This document shows, piece after piece, positions 51,644 to 64,000 of a stretch of 64,000 bases of DNA; positions within the stretch are counted from its first letter, which is position 1, and every line of letters starts with the position of its first letter. A program made the position numbers and the translations under genes. The DNA comes from Minisyncoccota bacterium (GTDB taxonomy: Bacteria > Patescibacteriota > Minisyncoccia > Phycocordibacterales > Phycocordibacteraceae). Location: the NCBI GenBank assembly GCA_035531495.1, contig DATKSU010000017.1, forward strand, positions 2,668-66,667, given 5' to 3'. The notes beneath the pieces were generated by a model. The model saw only the letters and a list, made by a program, of their open reading frames with translations. It did not search any database and was not told the DNA's origin.

Positions 51644-51647
51644 ACAT

Positions 51648-53966
51648 ATGGACATGAACGAAGGATCAGCGAATCTCGACAAGAAAGGTGGTCAGCCGCC
51701 TTTGAATCCCGTGCTGTCTCCCGAAATGGCGGAGAAACTGCGCGCGAATCGGAGCGCTGCAGAGTCGGAAACTTCGGACGAGGCGGCGGGCCGCATCATC
51801 GACCGGATGATGGTAGAAATCGACAAACAGGCGGCGGGGCCTGACGAAGTGTCGGCGATTGCGGCGCAGCGCGTCAAGGCTCCGCAATACGGATTTCCGA
51901 AGAATGTCGGCATGGAGCGCGCCATGAAGCAGCTTGAGACGGAAGCCGCAGACCAGCCGCCCGTGCCTGGCAATAGCGGAATGTCGCATGAGGTTCCCCC
52001 GCCGCCTGCCGCTGCGCCGGCGCCCGAAGAAGACGCGCACGCATTCGGCCAGCGACTCGAGCAAGAGATCGGCGATTTCCGCGACCGCCGGGACGACGGC
52101 ATCCCGACGCTTACCGACGTCGTAACCGCGGAGAGCGAGAACGGCGTACCGGAAGAGGACGACGGCATCCCGACGCTTACCGACGTCGTAACTCCGGGAA
52201 GCGGCGCAGCCGAAGCGCGTGGAGCGGCTACTCTGCACGGCGAGTACGCCGACCCGAGCTTATCGCCGGACGATGTGCGCAATATGCGCGAGGAGCTTGA
52301 TCGCATGGCGGGAGCAGGGCCGGCGGTCGTACCGGGGGAACCGCAGACCGCGGCGGAATCAGCTGCGGTCGAGGAGCGGACGCCGGCGGAAGAGCGCCGC
52401 CGACTGCACGAACTCGTCGGGAAGCTCACGGGCGGCGCGAAAGAGAAGCTCGACTGGTGGAAGAGCTCGGAGGAACGACTCATCAATCGCTCTGCGGAGC
52501 TTGACGCCCAGCTGGCCGAGATGGGGAAGGTAGAGAAAGGGTTCCGCTGGCTCGGCGAGCGGTACAACAAGCTCGGCTGGAAGACGAAGCTCGCCGTCGG
52601 CGTCGCGCTCGGCATCGGCTACGGCGGCGCGCTCGCCGCCGGTGCGTCGCTCCCGATCCTGCTTGCGTGCATCGGCGCCATCGGCGCCCAGCGCACCGCA
52701 GCGCTCTCGACCCAGTATCTGAAATACGAGAAGGAGTTCACGGCGCGCGGCAGCTCCTGGGCGCGCGGCCGCGCGCTCTTGAACGCCGTCGGCTACTCCG
52801 CGCTCCTGACGGGTGGCTCGATGCTCGTTGCGAAGGGCGTCGAAGACGTTCTCGGACATTATCTCGGGCACGAGGGACATGCTCCCGGAGGCCCGCCGAC
52901 CGGCGGGCGCATCGAGGGAGCGCCGGCTGCGCCACCGGCGCATACGCTCGAGCCCGCAGCGCTCGCGCACCCGGCGCACGAGACGGTGGCGCCGATGCAC
53001 GAAGCCGCCACGGCCGCGGCGAAGCCGGCAGCATCGTCATTCGAGGTCGCTGCGTCGGGGGGGCACGGCACGGAATTCATGATGAAGCAGATGTGGGAAT
53101 CGATGCGGCCGGAGCATCTCGACCCGAAAGAGTACGCGAGCCTGAAAGGGACCGATTTCTACAGGCTGCTCACGGCTACGCCGAAGAATATCGACAGCGT
53201 CGTGCGCGATATCGCGAACAGTCCGAACCACGCATTCTACGATCCGGCGCACCACGCGAGCATCCTCGTCGGACCGCACGACACGATTTCGTTCGACGCG
53301 CACGGGAACATGCTGCTCCATACCGACCACGGCACATTCGCGCACGCGCCGCTCGGCGCGCACATGACGCCGGACGCTCATCCGGAAGCGCCGCTCGCGC
53401 ACGAGACGCTGCCGCCGACCGAGCACGCTGCGACCGTCGACGTCACGCACGGCGCAGCGCCGCAGCACGCGGTGCCCGCCGAGGGGCAGCCATTCCCGCC
53501 CGTTGAGCACGCGCAGAACGTCGTCCACAGCGGTGACGGCAGCGTCGTGCATGACGGCTCCGGGAACCCAGTCCACAGCGGCGGCCATGAGGCCGCCATC
53601 GGGCCACCGCCGCCCGTTCCGGCCGAACATGCGCAAGCGTTCGTGAACCGCTTCGGTGTCAGCATCGACCCGACGCAGGCGCATGTCTTTCAGGATTCGA
53701 ACGGCGCAGTGCTCTCCTACGGCAACGATTATGCCGCACGACTTGCCGCGGCCGAGGAGTTCGTCCGTGCGCACCACGATGCGACCGTCTGGATGCAGGC
53801 AGAGAAGCCGGTCTTCCACGGGGGCGCATGGCATCCGTGGGTATTCGCCGTGAAGTACGCAGGATTCTTCCGCGGCGTGCAGCCGGTCTTGCCGCCGGAC
53901 GGCATGCCGACTCCGGACCACATCGGCTACATCGACCCGACCGCATTCTCTAAGGAGTTGAACTGA
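51648..53966 (+). CDS. large hypothetical membrane protein (acidic N-terminus, His-rich C-terminus)
   Basis: Long ORF right after the coupling ATPase; central hydrophobic hairpin; internal repeat. Confidence 0.8.
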   Translation: MDMNEGSANLDKKGGQPPLNPVLSPEMAEKLRANRSAAESETSDEAAGRIIDRMMVEIDKQAAGPDEVSAIAAQRVKAPQYGFPKNVGMERAMKQLETEAADQPPVPGNSGMSHEVPPPPAAAPAPEEDAHAFGQRLEQEIGDFRDRRDDGIPTLTDVVTAESENGVPEEDDGIPTLTDVVTPGSGAAEARGAATLHGEYADPSLSPDDVRNMREELDRMAGAGPAVVPGEPQTAAESAAVEERTPAEERRRLHELVGKLTGGAKEKLDWWKSSEERLINRSAELDAQLAEMGKVEKGFRWLGERYNKLGWKTKLAVGVALGIGYGGALAAGASLPILLACIGAIGAQRTAALSTQYLKYEKEFTARGSSWARGRALLNAVGYSALLTGGSMLVAKGVEDVLGHYLGHEGHAPGGPPTGGRIEGAPAAPPAHTLEPAALAHPAHETVAPMHEAATAAAKPAASSFEVAASGGHGTEFMMKQMWESMRPEHLDPKEYASLKGTDFYRLLTATPKNIDSVVRDIANSPNHAFYDPAHHASILVGPHDTISFDAHGNMLLHTDHGTFAHAPLGAHMTPDAHPEAPLAHETLPPTEHAATVDVTHGAAPQHAVPAEGQPFPPVEHAQNVVHSGDGSVVHDGSGNPVHSGGHEAAIGPPPPVPAEHAQAFVNRFGVSIDPTQAHVFQDSNGAVLSYGNDYAARLAAAEEFVRAHHDATVWMQAEKPVFHGGAWHPWVFAVKYAGFFRGVQPVLPPDGMPTPDHIGYIDPTAFSKELN
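52091..52192 (+). repeat. 36-nt exact direct repeat (DDGIPTLTDVVT x2)
   Basis: GGACGACGGCATCCCGACGCTTACCGACGTCGTAAC at 52091 and 52157. Confidence 0.9.
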
Positions 53967-53997
53967 ATCGCTTTACCCGCATGCTACTATTCCCTGT

Positions 53998-54294
53998 ATG
54001 CAAGATGAATTGACCGCTGCGATCGCGAACGACCTCGGGATCGCTGGCTTGCCGAATGACGAGCAGCAGAAGCTCATCACCCAGTTCGGCGAAGTGGCGC
54101 TCAAGGCCGCGACCGTCGCCGTGCTCGAGAAAGTCCCTGATGGAAAACGTTCCGAATTCGAGAAGCTTGCGCAGGCAGGGGACGCGGATGCTATCAAGGT
54201 CTTCCTCGACCGCGAGGTGCCGGGACATGAGGAACTCGCCAGACAAGCGGTTGCGGACGAAGTCAAGCGTTTCAAGGACTTCCAGGCGCCGTAG
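53998..54294 (+). CDS. small helical hypothetical protein (DUF5663-like)
   Basis: DLGIAGLPNDEQQKLI..F..VP..EEL. Confidence 0.7.
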   Translation: MQDELTAAIANDLGIAGLPNDEQQKLITQFGEVALKAATVAVLEKVPDGKRSEFEKLAQAGDADAIKVFLDREVPGHEELARQAVADEVKRFKDFQAP

Positions 54295-54308
54295 TATACT
54301 CGTCGAAT

Positions 54309-54842
54309 ATGAAACCAACCCCAACCGGCATCGCCGTCGCGCTCGCGCTCGTCGTCGTCATGACTTATTTCATCTTCCCGGGCCTCTGGCCGTTCAGTCC
54401 GGCAGCTTCGCAGGGCGCCGCGACCGCCGGGGCGCAAGAGCAGGCCACTTCTACCCAATCAACCTCAACAACAACCGCAACCACCATGCCGAACGATATT
54501 TCCAACCAGCTTCAGGTAACCGATGAGACAGTCGGCACCGGCGCGACCGCCGAACCAGGCGACACGGTTACGGTGAATTACGTAGGCGCGCTCACGAACG
54601 GCCAGGTGTTCGACGCCTCCGTCGATCATGGAAACTCCGGCTACACCTTCACACTCGGGGTAGGGCAGGTCATTAAGGGCTGGGACGAAGGTATCGTCGG
54701 CATGAAGGTCGGCGGCAAGCGCGACCTCGTCATCCCGCCGTCCTTGGCCTACGGGGATCAGGCTGTCGGGAACGTCATCCCGGCCAATTCGACCCTCGTC
54801 TTCCAGGTCGAACTCCTGTCGGTGAAGAAGCCGGGCCAGTAG
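54309..54842 (+). CDS. FKBP-type peptidyl-prolyl isomerase
   Basis: VTVNYVG, FDAS, QVIKGWDEG, IPPSLAYG, IPANSTLVFQVEL. Confidence 0.95.
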   Translation: MKPTPTGIAVALALVVVMTYFIFPGLWPFSPAASQGAATAGAQEQATSTQSTSTTTATTMPNDISNQLQVTDETVGTGATAEPGDTVTVNYVGALTNGQVFDASVDHGNSGYTFTLGVGQVIKGWDEGIVGMKVGGKRDLVIPPSLAYGDQAVGNVIPANSTLVFQVELLSVKKPGQ

Positions 54843-54908
54843 CAGCGTGAGCGTCCGCTCTGCCGCGCGATTCATGTCTGCGCGCGCGTCTGCTACCGTG
54901 GTTCGTAT

Positions 54909-56153
54909 ATGAGTGCCATCTCGTTCGAGATAGAGAAGCGCGCGGGCGGCGGAGCTGCCCGCCCCGCCGCAGGCGGGGCGCGTGCGGGCGTCCTCACGAC
55001 CCCGCACGGCGCCATCCGCACGCCCGCCTTCACGCCGGTCGGCACGAAGGCGAACGTGAAAGGTATCCTGCCGGAGCAGCTGCGCGCCCTCGGCGCCGAA
55101 GCCGTCCTCGCGAACACCTACCACCTCTACCTGCAGCCCGGCGAAAAAATCGTCGAGAAAGCGGGCGGCCTCGGCCGCTTCATGGGGTGGGAGGGTCCGA
55201 TGCTGACCGACTCTGGGGGCTTCCAGGTCTTCTCGCTCGGCGCCGCTTTCGGCAAGACCATTTCGAAATTCGTCGCGGAGGAAGCGCCGCACGAAGAAGC
55301 CGTCGCGATTTATGACGAGGAGGTCGCGACGGCGCACGGTCAGCTCGCCACGATCGACGACGAGGGCGTGACCTTCACTTCGCACCTCGACGGCTCCCTG
55401 CACCGCTTCACGCCCGAGCGTTCGGTTGAGATCCAGCATGCGCTCGGCGCCGACATCTTCTTCGCGTTCGACGAGTGCACGTCGCCCTCGGCGCCATACG
55501 ACTACCAGCGCGAGGCGATGGAGCGTACGCATCGCTGGGCGGAGCGTTCGCTCAAAGCGCATCGCCAGAATCTCGGCGCGGATAAGCGGCAGGCCATTTT
55601 CGGCATCGTGCAGGGCGGCCGGCATGAGGACCTGCGCCGGGAGTCGGCGCGCGAGATCGCATCCTTGGGTTTCGACGGCATCGGCATCGGCGGTTCCTTC
55701 AGCAAGGAAGACATGCGCGGCGCGCTCCAGGCAGCGGTCGGGGAATTGCCGGAAGAGCTCCCGAAGCACTTCCTCGGCATCGGCGAGCCGGGCGACATCC
55801 TCGAGGGCATCGCGAACGGGATGGACCTCTTCGACTGCGTCGCAGCGACGCGTATCGGCCGCCACGGCTCCGTCTACACGAAGCACGGCATCATTCATTT
55901 GCGTAATGGGGAATTCAAAGGCGATTTCAGTCCGCTTGACCCGGAGACCTCCGTGCCGGGTACAGAGCCATTCACGCGCGCTTACGTATCGCACCTCGTG
56001 CGTGCGCGCGAACTCACGGGCTCTGTCATCTGTTCGATTCACAATGTCGGCTTCATACTGAAACTCGTCGCCGATGCCCGCGAGGCCATCCTCAACGGAC
56101 GGTTCGACGCGTTCCGCGAGGACTTCTCGCGAGCGTACTACGGCACGGGATAA
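54909..56153 (+). CDS. tgt: tRNA-guanine transglycosylase
   Basis: TPAFTPVGT, LANTYHL, TDSGGFQVFS, FGIVQGG, DLFDCV; the zinc-site Cys residues appear lost. Confidence 0.95.
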   Translation: MSAISFEIEKRAGGGAARPAAGGARAGVLTTPHGAIRTPAFTPVGTKANVKGILPEQLRALGAEAVLANTYHLYLQPGEKIVEKAGGLGRFMGWEGPMLTDSGGFQVFSLGAAFGKTISKFVAEEAPHEEAVAIYDEEVATAHGQLATIDDEGVTFTSHLDGSLHRFTPERSVEIQHALGADIFFAFDECTSPSAPYDYQREAMERTHRWAERSLKAHRQNLGADKRQAIFGIVQGGRHEDLRRESAREIASLGFDGIGIGGSFSKEDMRGALQAAVGELPEELPKHFLGIGEPGDILEGIANGMDLFDCVAATRIGRHGSVYTKHGIIHLRNGEFKGDFSPLDPETSVPGTEPFTRAYVSHLVRARELTGSVICSIHNVGFILKLVADAREAILNGRFDAFREDFSRAYYGTG

Positions 56154-56188
56154 AAAAGAGCCGCCTAGGGCGGCTCGGCGAGCGCATA

Positions 56189-56395
56189 TCACCGGCGTTT
56201 CCTCATCACGATTCCCGCATCATCGAAGCCTCCCAGCGCGATGATGAAATGCATGATGACGATTGCCGCTATCGCGCACAGGATGAAGAAGAAAATGGGC
56301 GGATATATGCACGCCAATACGACGAGAGCACAGTACAGAGCCATCGCCGTAAGCAGCCGATTGAATTCCCTCTCGCGCGGGTGGAGCGAAAGCAT
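56189..56395 (-). CDS. small two-TM hypothetical protein (SD-led cassette)
   Basis: GGAGG 4 nt before ATG 56395; TTGACA promoter overlapping the uvrB start; hairpin at 56152-56176. Confidence 0.55.
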   Translation of the reverse strand: MLSLHPREREFNRLLTAMALYCALVVLACIYPPIFFFILCAIAAIVIMHFIIALGGFDDAGIVMRKRR

Positions 56396-56456
56396 GAGTC
56401 CTCCGACTTCGGATTCTGGCGATGTTGCCGATAGCATAGTATGGTTCCAGCACTGC

Positions 56457-58514
56457 ATGTCAAGGAATGATTTCAAGCTTCATATGCCTTTCCAGCCGGC
56501 AGGAGACCAGCCGCAGGCCATCCGCGCGCTCGAGAAGGGCCTTGCAGAGGGCATGCGCCACCAGACCCTGCTCGGCGTGACGGGCTCGGGGAAGACCTTC
56601 ACGATGGCGAACGTCATCGCGGCCTACGGCAAGCCGACCTTGGTCCTCGCGCACAACAAGACCCTCGCTGCGCAGCTCGCGCAGGAGTATCGCGAATTCT
56701 TCCCGGAGAACGCCGTACACTACTTCGTCTCCTATTACGACTACTACCAGCCGGAGGCGTATATCGCGCAGTCGGACACGTATATCGAGAAGGAGGCGAT
56801 GATAAACGCCGAAATAGACCGCCTCCGCCATGCAGCGACGCAGGCGCTCCTCACGCGACGCGACGTCATTATCGTCGCGTCGGTCTCCGCCATCTACGGT
56901 CTCGGCTCGCCCGAGGAATACGAGAAGGTGCACATCAAGGTCGCCCGAGGCGGGACGGAGAATCGCGCCGCGCTCATCCGGAAGCTCGTCGGCATCTACT
57001 TCGAACGCACGAACGCCGACCTTTCTCCGGGGCAGCTGCGCGCCGTTGGCAACGCGCTCGAGGTGATGCCCATCAACGAGCGCATCATCTATCGCATCGC
57101 CTTCGGCGAGGATACGGTCGCGCGCATCGACCTCCTCGACCCGGTCTCGCGCGCGAAGCTCTCCGAGCCCGCGTCCGTCTTCATCTTCCCGGCCAAGCAC
57201 TTCGTGACGAGCGAAGTCGAGCGCAATCGCGCGATAGAAGACATCAAGGCCGAGCTCGAGGAGCAGCTCGCAAAATTCAAGCGGGAAGAAAAGCCGCTCG
57301 AAGCCGAGCGGCTCAAGCGCCGCACGCTTTCCGACCTCGCCATGATCCGCGAGATCGGCTACACCTCTGGCATCGAGAACTATTCGCGCCACTTCGACGG
57401 CCGCAAGGCCGGCGAGCCGCCCTCGACCCTGCTCTCGTATTTCCCGCATACGAAAGACGGCGCGCCGGATTTCCTCACCGTTATCGACGAATCGCACGTG
57501 ACCATCCCGCAAATAGGCGGCATGTACGCGGGTGACCGCTCGCGCAAGGACGTCCTCGTCGAGCACGGGTTCCGGCTCCCGTCGGCGCGCGATAACCGGC
57601 CGCTGACCTTCGAAGAGTTCGAGGCGCGCGTGAATCCGTCCATTTATACGAGCGCGACGCCCGCGAATTACGAACGGAAGCACTCCGAGCAAGTCGTCGA
57701 GCAGATCATTCGGCCGACGGGTCTCATCGACCCCGAACTCGTCCTGCGGGAAGTCACGGAGACCGGGCAGTACCCGGGCCAGATTGCGGACTTCATCAAT
57801 GAAGCGGAGACGGTCATCAAGCGCGGCGGACGCGCGCTTGCGACGACTCTCACGAAGCAGATGGCGGAGGACCTCGCGGAATTCCTGAAGAAGCGCGGCA
57901 TGAAGGCCGAGTACCTCCACTCGGACGTAAAGACCATCGACCGCATCGACATCCTCACGAAGTTCCGCCGCGGGACGTTCGACATCCTCGTCGGCGTCAA
58001 TCTCCTGCGCGAGGGGCTCGACCTGCCGGAAGTGGAGCTCGTCGGCATCCTCGACGCGGACAAGGAAGGGTTCCTGCGCAGCGAAACCTCCCTCATTCAG
58101 ACCATCGGCCGCGCGGCGCGGAATGTACTGGGCCGCGTCATCCTCTATGCCGACGTGATGACGGGATCCCTCGAGCGTGCCATCGGCGAGACGAACCGCC
58201 GCCGGGAGAAACAGCTCGCGTACAACGAGGCGCACGGCATCACGCCGAAAACCATTAAGAAAGAGATTCACGACATCGCCGAGTCGATGCGCAGCGAACA
58301 CCAGAAGACGGTCGACGAGCTCCTCGCCCTCGACACCATCGCGTATAAGGATGACCCGAAGGCCTTCATCACGATGAAGCGCGAGGAGATGACGGCCGCG
58401 GTCGAGAAGCTCGACTTCGAAACGGCCGCGCTCATCCGTGATGAAATCTACAAGCTTGAAGGAAAGGAACCGAAGGCGAAACCGCGCAAGCGCAAGCCGT
58501 TTTCGGGCGCATAG
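56457..58514 (+). CDS. uvrB: excinuclease ABC subunit B
   Basis: PAGDQP, LGVTGSGKT, FVSYYDYYQPEAY, IDESH, GRAARN, UVR domain. Confidence 0.98.
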   Translation: MSRNDFKLHMPFQPAGDQPQAIRALEKGLAEGMRHQTLLGVTGSGKTFTMANVIAAYGKPTLVLAHNKTLAAQLAQEYREFFPENAVHYFVSYYDYYQPEAYIAQSDTYIEKEAMINAEIDRLRHAATQALLTRRDVIIVASVSAIYGLGSPEEYEKVHIKVARGGTENRAALIRKLVGIYFERTNADLSPGQLRAVGNALEVMPINERIIYRIAFGEDTVARIDLLDPVSRAKLSEPASVFIFPAKHFVTSEVERNRAIEDIKAELEEQLAKFKREEKPLEAERLKRRTLSDLAMIREIGYTSGIENYSRHFDGRKAGEPPSTLLSYFPHTKDGAPDFLTVIDESHVTIPQIGGMYAGDRSRKDVLVEHGFRLPSARDNRPLTFEEFEARVNPSIYTSATPANYERKHSEQVVEQIIRPTGLIDPELVLREVTETGQYPGQIADFINEAETVIKRGGRALATTLTKQMAEDLAEFLKKRGMKAEYLHSDVKTIDRIDILTKFRRGTFDILVGVNLLREGLDLPEVELVGILDADKEGFLRSETSLIQTIGRAARNVLGRVILYADVMTGSLERAIGETNRRREKQLAYNEAHGITPKTIKKEIHDIAESMRSEHQKTVDELLALDTIAYKDDPKAFITMKREEMTAAVEKLDFETAALIRDEIYKLEGKEPKAKPRKRKPFSGA

Positions 58515-58564
58515 ATAAAATGAAGCGGCGCATACATGCGCCGCGGTGACGAGGTTGGAGAATT

Positions 58565-58879
58565 TTAGAACGGAATGTCATCTTCCATTTCTAGATTCTT
58601 CGGAGCAACAATGTTCAAGATATCCTGCCTTTGCTGGGCCGAGAGTTCGCCAAGAATTTCGCGGAGTTCGCGGGCTTGACCCGTTGCGATTTTCTGTAAG
58701 ATCTCCCCCGGCACATCAGTGATAGATTCCCATGCCCCGATCTCGATGATTTCGGTTGCTTGCCCTTCAGCGCCGAAAAGACGGCAGATCCTCTCGGCGA
58801 GCTCCACACTCGTACAGAAACCGAGATGTGTCCCGCCACCGCCCTGTCCGACTAGCTTGATCTCTTGTATCGGTTTCAT
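58565..58879 (-). CDS. hypothetical protein ending EMEDDIPF (SSB-tail-like; SD-led cassette)
   Basis: AGGAGGT SD; TTGCAG-N17-TATAAC promoter at 58911-58939; hairpin near 58524-58545. Confidence 0.7.
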   Translation of the reverse strand: MKPIQEIKLVGQGGGGTHLGFCTSVELAERICRLFGAEGQATEIIEIGAWESITDVPGEILQKIATGQARELREILGELSAQQRQDILNIVAPKNLEMEDDIPF

Positions 58880-58999
58880 CCGCTACCTCCTGTATCTATG
58901 GACCGCAGGAGTTATACGCTCCTTGACGGCCCTCTGCAACTGACTCGAGCAATGCTATAGTGCTGTACGTACCTGCCCCGCCACGGGCAGGGATTTTGC

Positions 59000-61616
<2,617 letters not shown>

Positions 61617-61639
<23 letters not shown>

Positions 61640-62861
61640 GTACCGGCTGCCGGACGTCCCGGGAGTGTACCTGTTCAAGCAGGGTCGGAATGTTCTCTAC
61701 GTCGGCAAGGCGACGTCGCTCGCCGACCGCGTACGCTCGTATTTCGATGATGACCTCATCGCGACGCGCGGGCCGCGCATCGTGGACATGGTGACGCGCG
61801 CGGACCGAATCGCGCATGAGACGGCGCCGACCGTGCTCGAGGCGCTCGTGCGCGAGGCGGCGCTCATCAAGCGGTACCAGCCGCCCGCGAACGTGGAAGG
61901 GAAGGACAACTCGTCATTCCTCTATGCCGTCGTCACGAAGGAAGACGTTCCGCGCGTCCTTCCGCTGCGCGGCAAGGATATCGACGTAAAGGGGAAACGC
62001 GCGGCAGACAGCACGAAGTTGAAAGCGCTCTACGGCCCGTTCCCCTCGCTCGCGCAGCTGCGCGAAGCGCTGCGGCTCATCCAGCGCATTTTCCCGTTCT
62101 TCGATACGCTGCGGCCGGTCGCGTACGCGGGCAAGCATCAGCGCGCGAAAATAGAGTTCAACAAGCAGCTGCGGCAGTACCCGCAGGCCGTCGATCCGAA
62201 GGCGTACCGAGCGACCATCCGCAACGTCGAGCTCCTCCTCGCCGGGCGCGGACGGCAGCTGCGCGCGAAGCTCGGGCGGGAGATGAAGGCGGCAGCGAAG
62301 GCGGAGCGGTTCGAAGACGCAGCGCAGCTCCGCCGCGAGCTTTTCGCCCTCAATCACATCCAGGACGTCTCGCTCATCAAGGACGAGTTCATCGAGGACA
62401 CGCGCCGCGGAGCGGCGCGCGGCGGGCGCATCGAGGCATACGACACAGCGCATCTCTCCGGAACGAACGCCATCGGCGTGATGACGGTCGTCGAGGACGG
62501 TGCGCCCGTGAAGAGGGAATACCGCGTCTTCCGCATTCGCGGATTCCGGAAGAATGACGATATAGCGTCTCTCAAGGAAATCCTCTCACGCCGGCTCGCT
62601 CATTCAGAGTGGTTGTACCCGCGCGCCATCGTCGTGGACGGCGGGAAGACGCAGAAGAAGGCCGCCGAGACGGTGCTCGCGGACGCGGGCGTCGGCATCC
62701 CCGTTGCAGCCGTCGTGAAGGACGAGCGCCATCGACCGCGCGAGGTCATCGGCGCGCGCCGGGCCGGCATCACGGAAGCCGATGCCGTTCTCGCGAATGC
62801 CGAGGCGCACCGCTTCTCGCTTTCCCGCCACCGCCGTGCGCGTTCGCAGTCACTGCGGTGA
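61617..62861 (+). CDS. uvrC: excinuclease ABC subunit C (shortened)
   Basis: GIY-YIG PGVYLF..YVGKA, UVR FEDAAQLR, RIEAYDTAHLSG, VVDGGK, EAHRF. Confidence 0.9.
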
Positions 62862-62886
62862 GGTAGCCCTTTGGTATACTTTCCAT

Positions 62887-63846
62887 ATGCAAACCATCGT
62901 CGGGGTTCTGCGTGGCGGGCCGAGTCGCGAGCATGACGTCTCGCTCAAGACCGGCGCCGCCATCCTGAAGCACCTCTCGCCGGAGCGCTTCAGCGCGCGT
63001 GATATTTACATCGGCCGCGACGGGACGTGGCACGATCGCGGTCGTCCGACGACGCCGGATCGCGTCCTGCGGCAGCTCGATGTCGCCCTCATCGGCCTTC
63101 ACGGCGAATACGGAGAAGACGGACAGGTGCAACGCCTCCTCGAACGGTTCGGCGTGCCGTATGCCGGCGCCGATTCATTCGGCTCGCACCTCGCGATGCA
63201 CAAGCTCATGGCGAAGGCGCGCGCGGAGGAAGCCGGACTCCGGACGCCGGAGTATCGCTATGTCGAGCGCGCGGAGGATGGCGACAAGGCGGCGCAGGAC
63301 ATCACGCGTTCGTTCCTGCAACCGGTCGTCGTGAAGCCCGTCAGCTGGGGTTCGTCTATCGGCGTGTCCGTCGTCGGCGGCCATGCGCCGGTGCGTGCGG
63401 CCATCGAGCGGCTCTTCACTGAGGGCGCGCCCGCCGTCCTCATCGAGGAATACATCCGCGGCAAGGAGGCGACCGCCGCCGTCGTCGAAGGCCTGCGCGC
63501 TGAGCCGCTCTACGCGCTGCCCGTTGTCGAGATTGCGCCGTCCGACGGTGATTTCTTCTCATACGACGCGAAATATTCTGGTGCCACGCGCGAGACCTGC
63601 CCCGGTGCCTTCTCACGCGTCGTGACGGAGGAATTGAAGCGCGCGGCGAAAGTCATGCATCGGGCGCTGGGCCTGCGCCACTACTCCCGCTCCGATTTCA
63701 TCGTCGGGCCGAAAGGCGTCTACTATCTGGAGACCAACACCTTGCCCGGTCTCACTGACAAATCGCTTATGCCGAAAGCGCTTGATGCCGTTGGCGTTCG
63801 CTTCGCGGATTTCCTCGAACACCTCGTCGGTCTCGCGCTCGCGTGA
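62887..63846 (+). CDS. ddl: D-alanine--D-alanine ligase
   Basis: GGPSREHDVSL, LHGEYGEDG, VKP..GSSIG, YDAKY, ETNTLPG. Confidence 0.95.
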   Translation: MQTIVGVLRGGPSREHDVSLKTGAAILKHLSPERFSARDIYIGRDGTWHDRGRPTTPDRVLRQLDVALIGLHGEYGEDGQVQRLLERFGVPYAGADSFGSHLAMHKLMAKARAEEAGLRTPEYRYVERAEDGDKAAQDITRSFLQPVVVKPVSWGSSIGVSVVGGHAPVRAAIERLFTEGAPAVLIEEYIRGKEATAAVVEGLRAEPLYALPVVEIAPSDGDFFSYDAKYSGATRETCPGAFSRVVTEELKRAAKVMHRALGLRHYSRSDFIVGPKGVYYLETNTLPGLTDKSLMPKALDAVGVRFADFLEHLVGLALA

Positions 63847-63893
63847 CGACACGTCTTCAGATTATCGGGCGGAAATGATACGCTGGCGCACAC

Positions 63894-63966
63894 GGGCCCT
63901 TAGCTTAGTTGGTAGAGCGCCACATTTGCAATGTGGAGGTCACCGGTTCGAATCCGGTAGGGTCCA
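63894..63966 (+). tRNA. tRNA-Ala(TGC)
   Basis: GGGCCCTTAGCTTAGTTGGTAGAGCG-CCACA TT TGC AA TGTGG..GGTTCGAATCC; G3:U70 pair. Confidence 0.95.
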
Positions 63967-64000
63967 CCCGTATGGATGCTGAACGGGTTCTCGGAGAGGA

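Noticed and set aside
52091-52192. 36-nt repeat with a 30-nt spacer as a mini-CRISPR
   Set aside because: Only two copies, in frame within a CDS, and no cas genes.

Overview
High-GC bacterial chromosome segment (code 11). Its gene content points to a Patescibacteria/CPR (Parcubacteria-like) genome; this is an inference from the short IF2, compact RSH and DnaX, tandem TrbC/VirB2-type pilins, stand-alone VirD4-like ATPase and ECF/DUF5667-like pair. Core genes include gyrA, infB, rbfA, clpB, rpmG, miaA, ahpC, parB, topA, dprA, serS, dnaX, tgt, uvrABC and ddl, plus 8 tRNAs. I saw no CRISPR, integrase or transposase. The main unexplained pattern is two separate gene-expression grammars. Most core genes that start a transcript have a TAnnnT box 5-10 nt before the ATG and no Shine-Dalgarno (SD) sequence, so they look leaderless. 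About 14 scattered, mostly orphan genes instead have a strong GGAGG-type SD; many also have a TTG(C/A)nn-N17-TAnnn(T/C) promoter and their own terminator hairpin. Two of these cassettes end in the SSB C-terminal motif DIPF (one is an unannotated 13-aa peptide), one encodes a catalytically dead OMP-decarboxylase-like protein, and one cassette sits right after each of the three tRNA-Leu genes. Other points: a ~225-nt structured ncRNA candidate, a hairpin element between two tRNAs, palindromic bidirectional -10 promoters, a pilin-lysozyme fusion and an AT-rich patch inside dnaX. All motif calls were read by eye, not computed.
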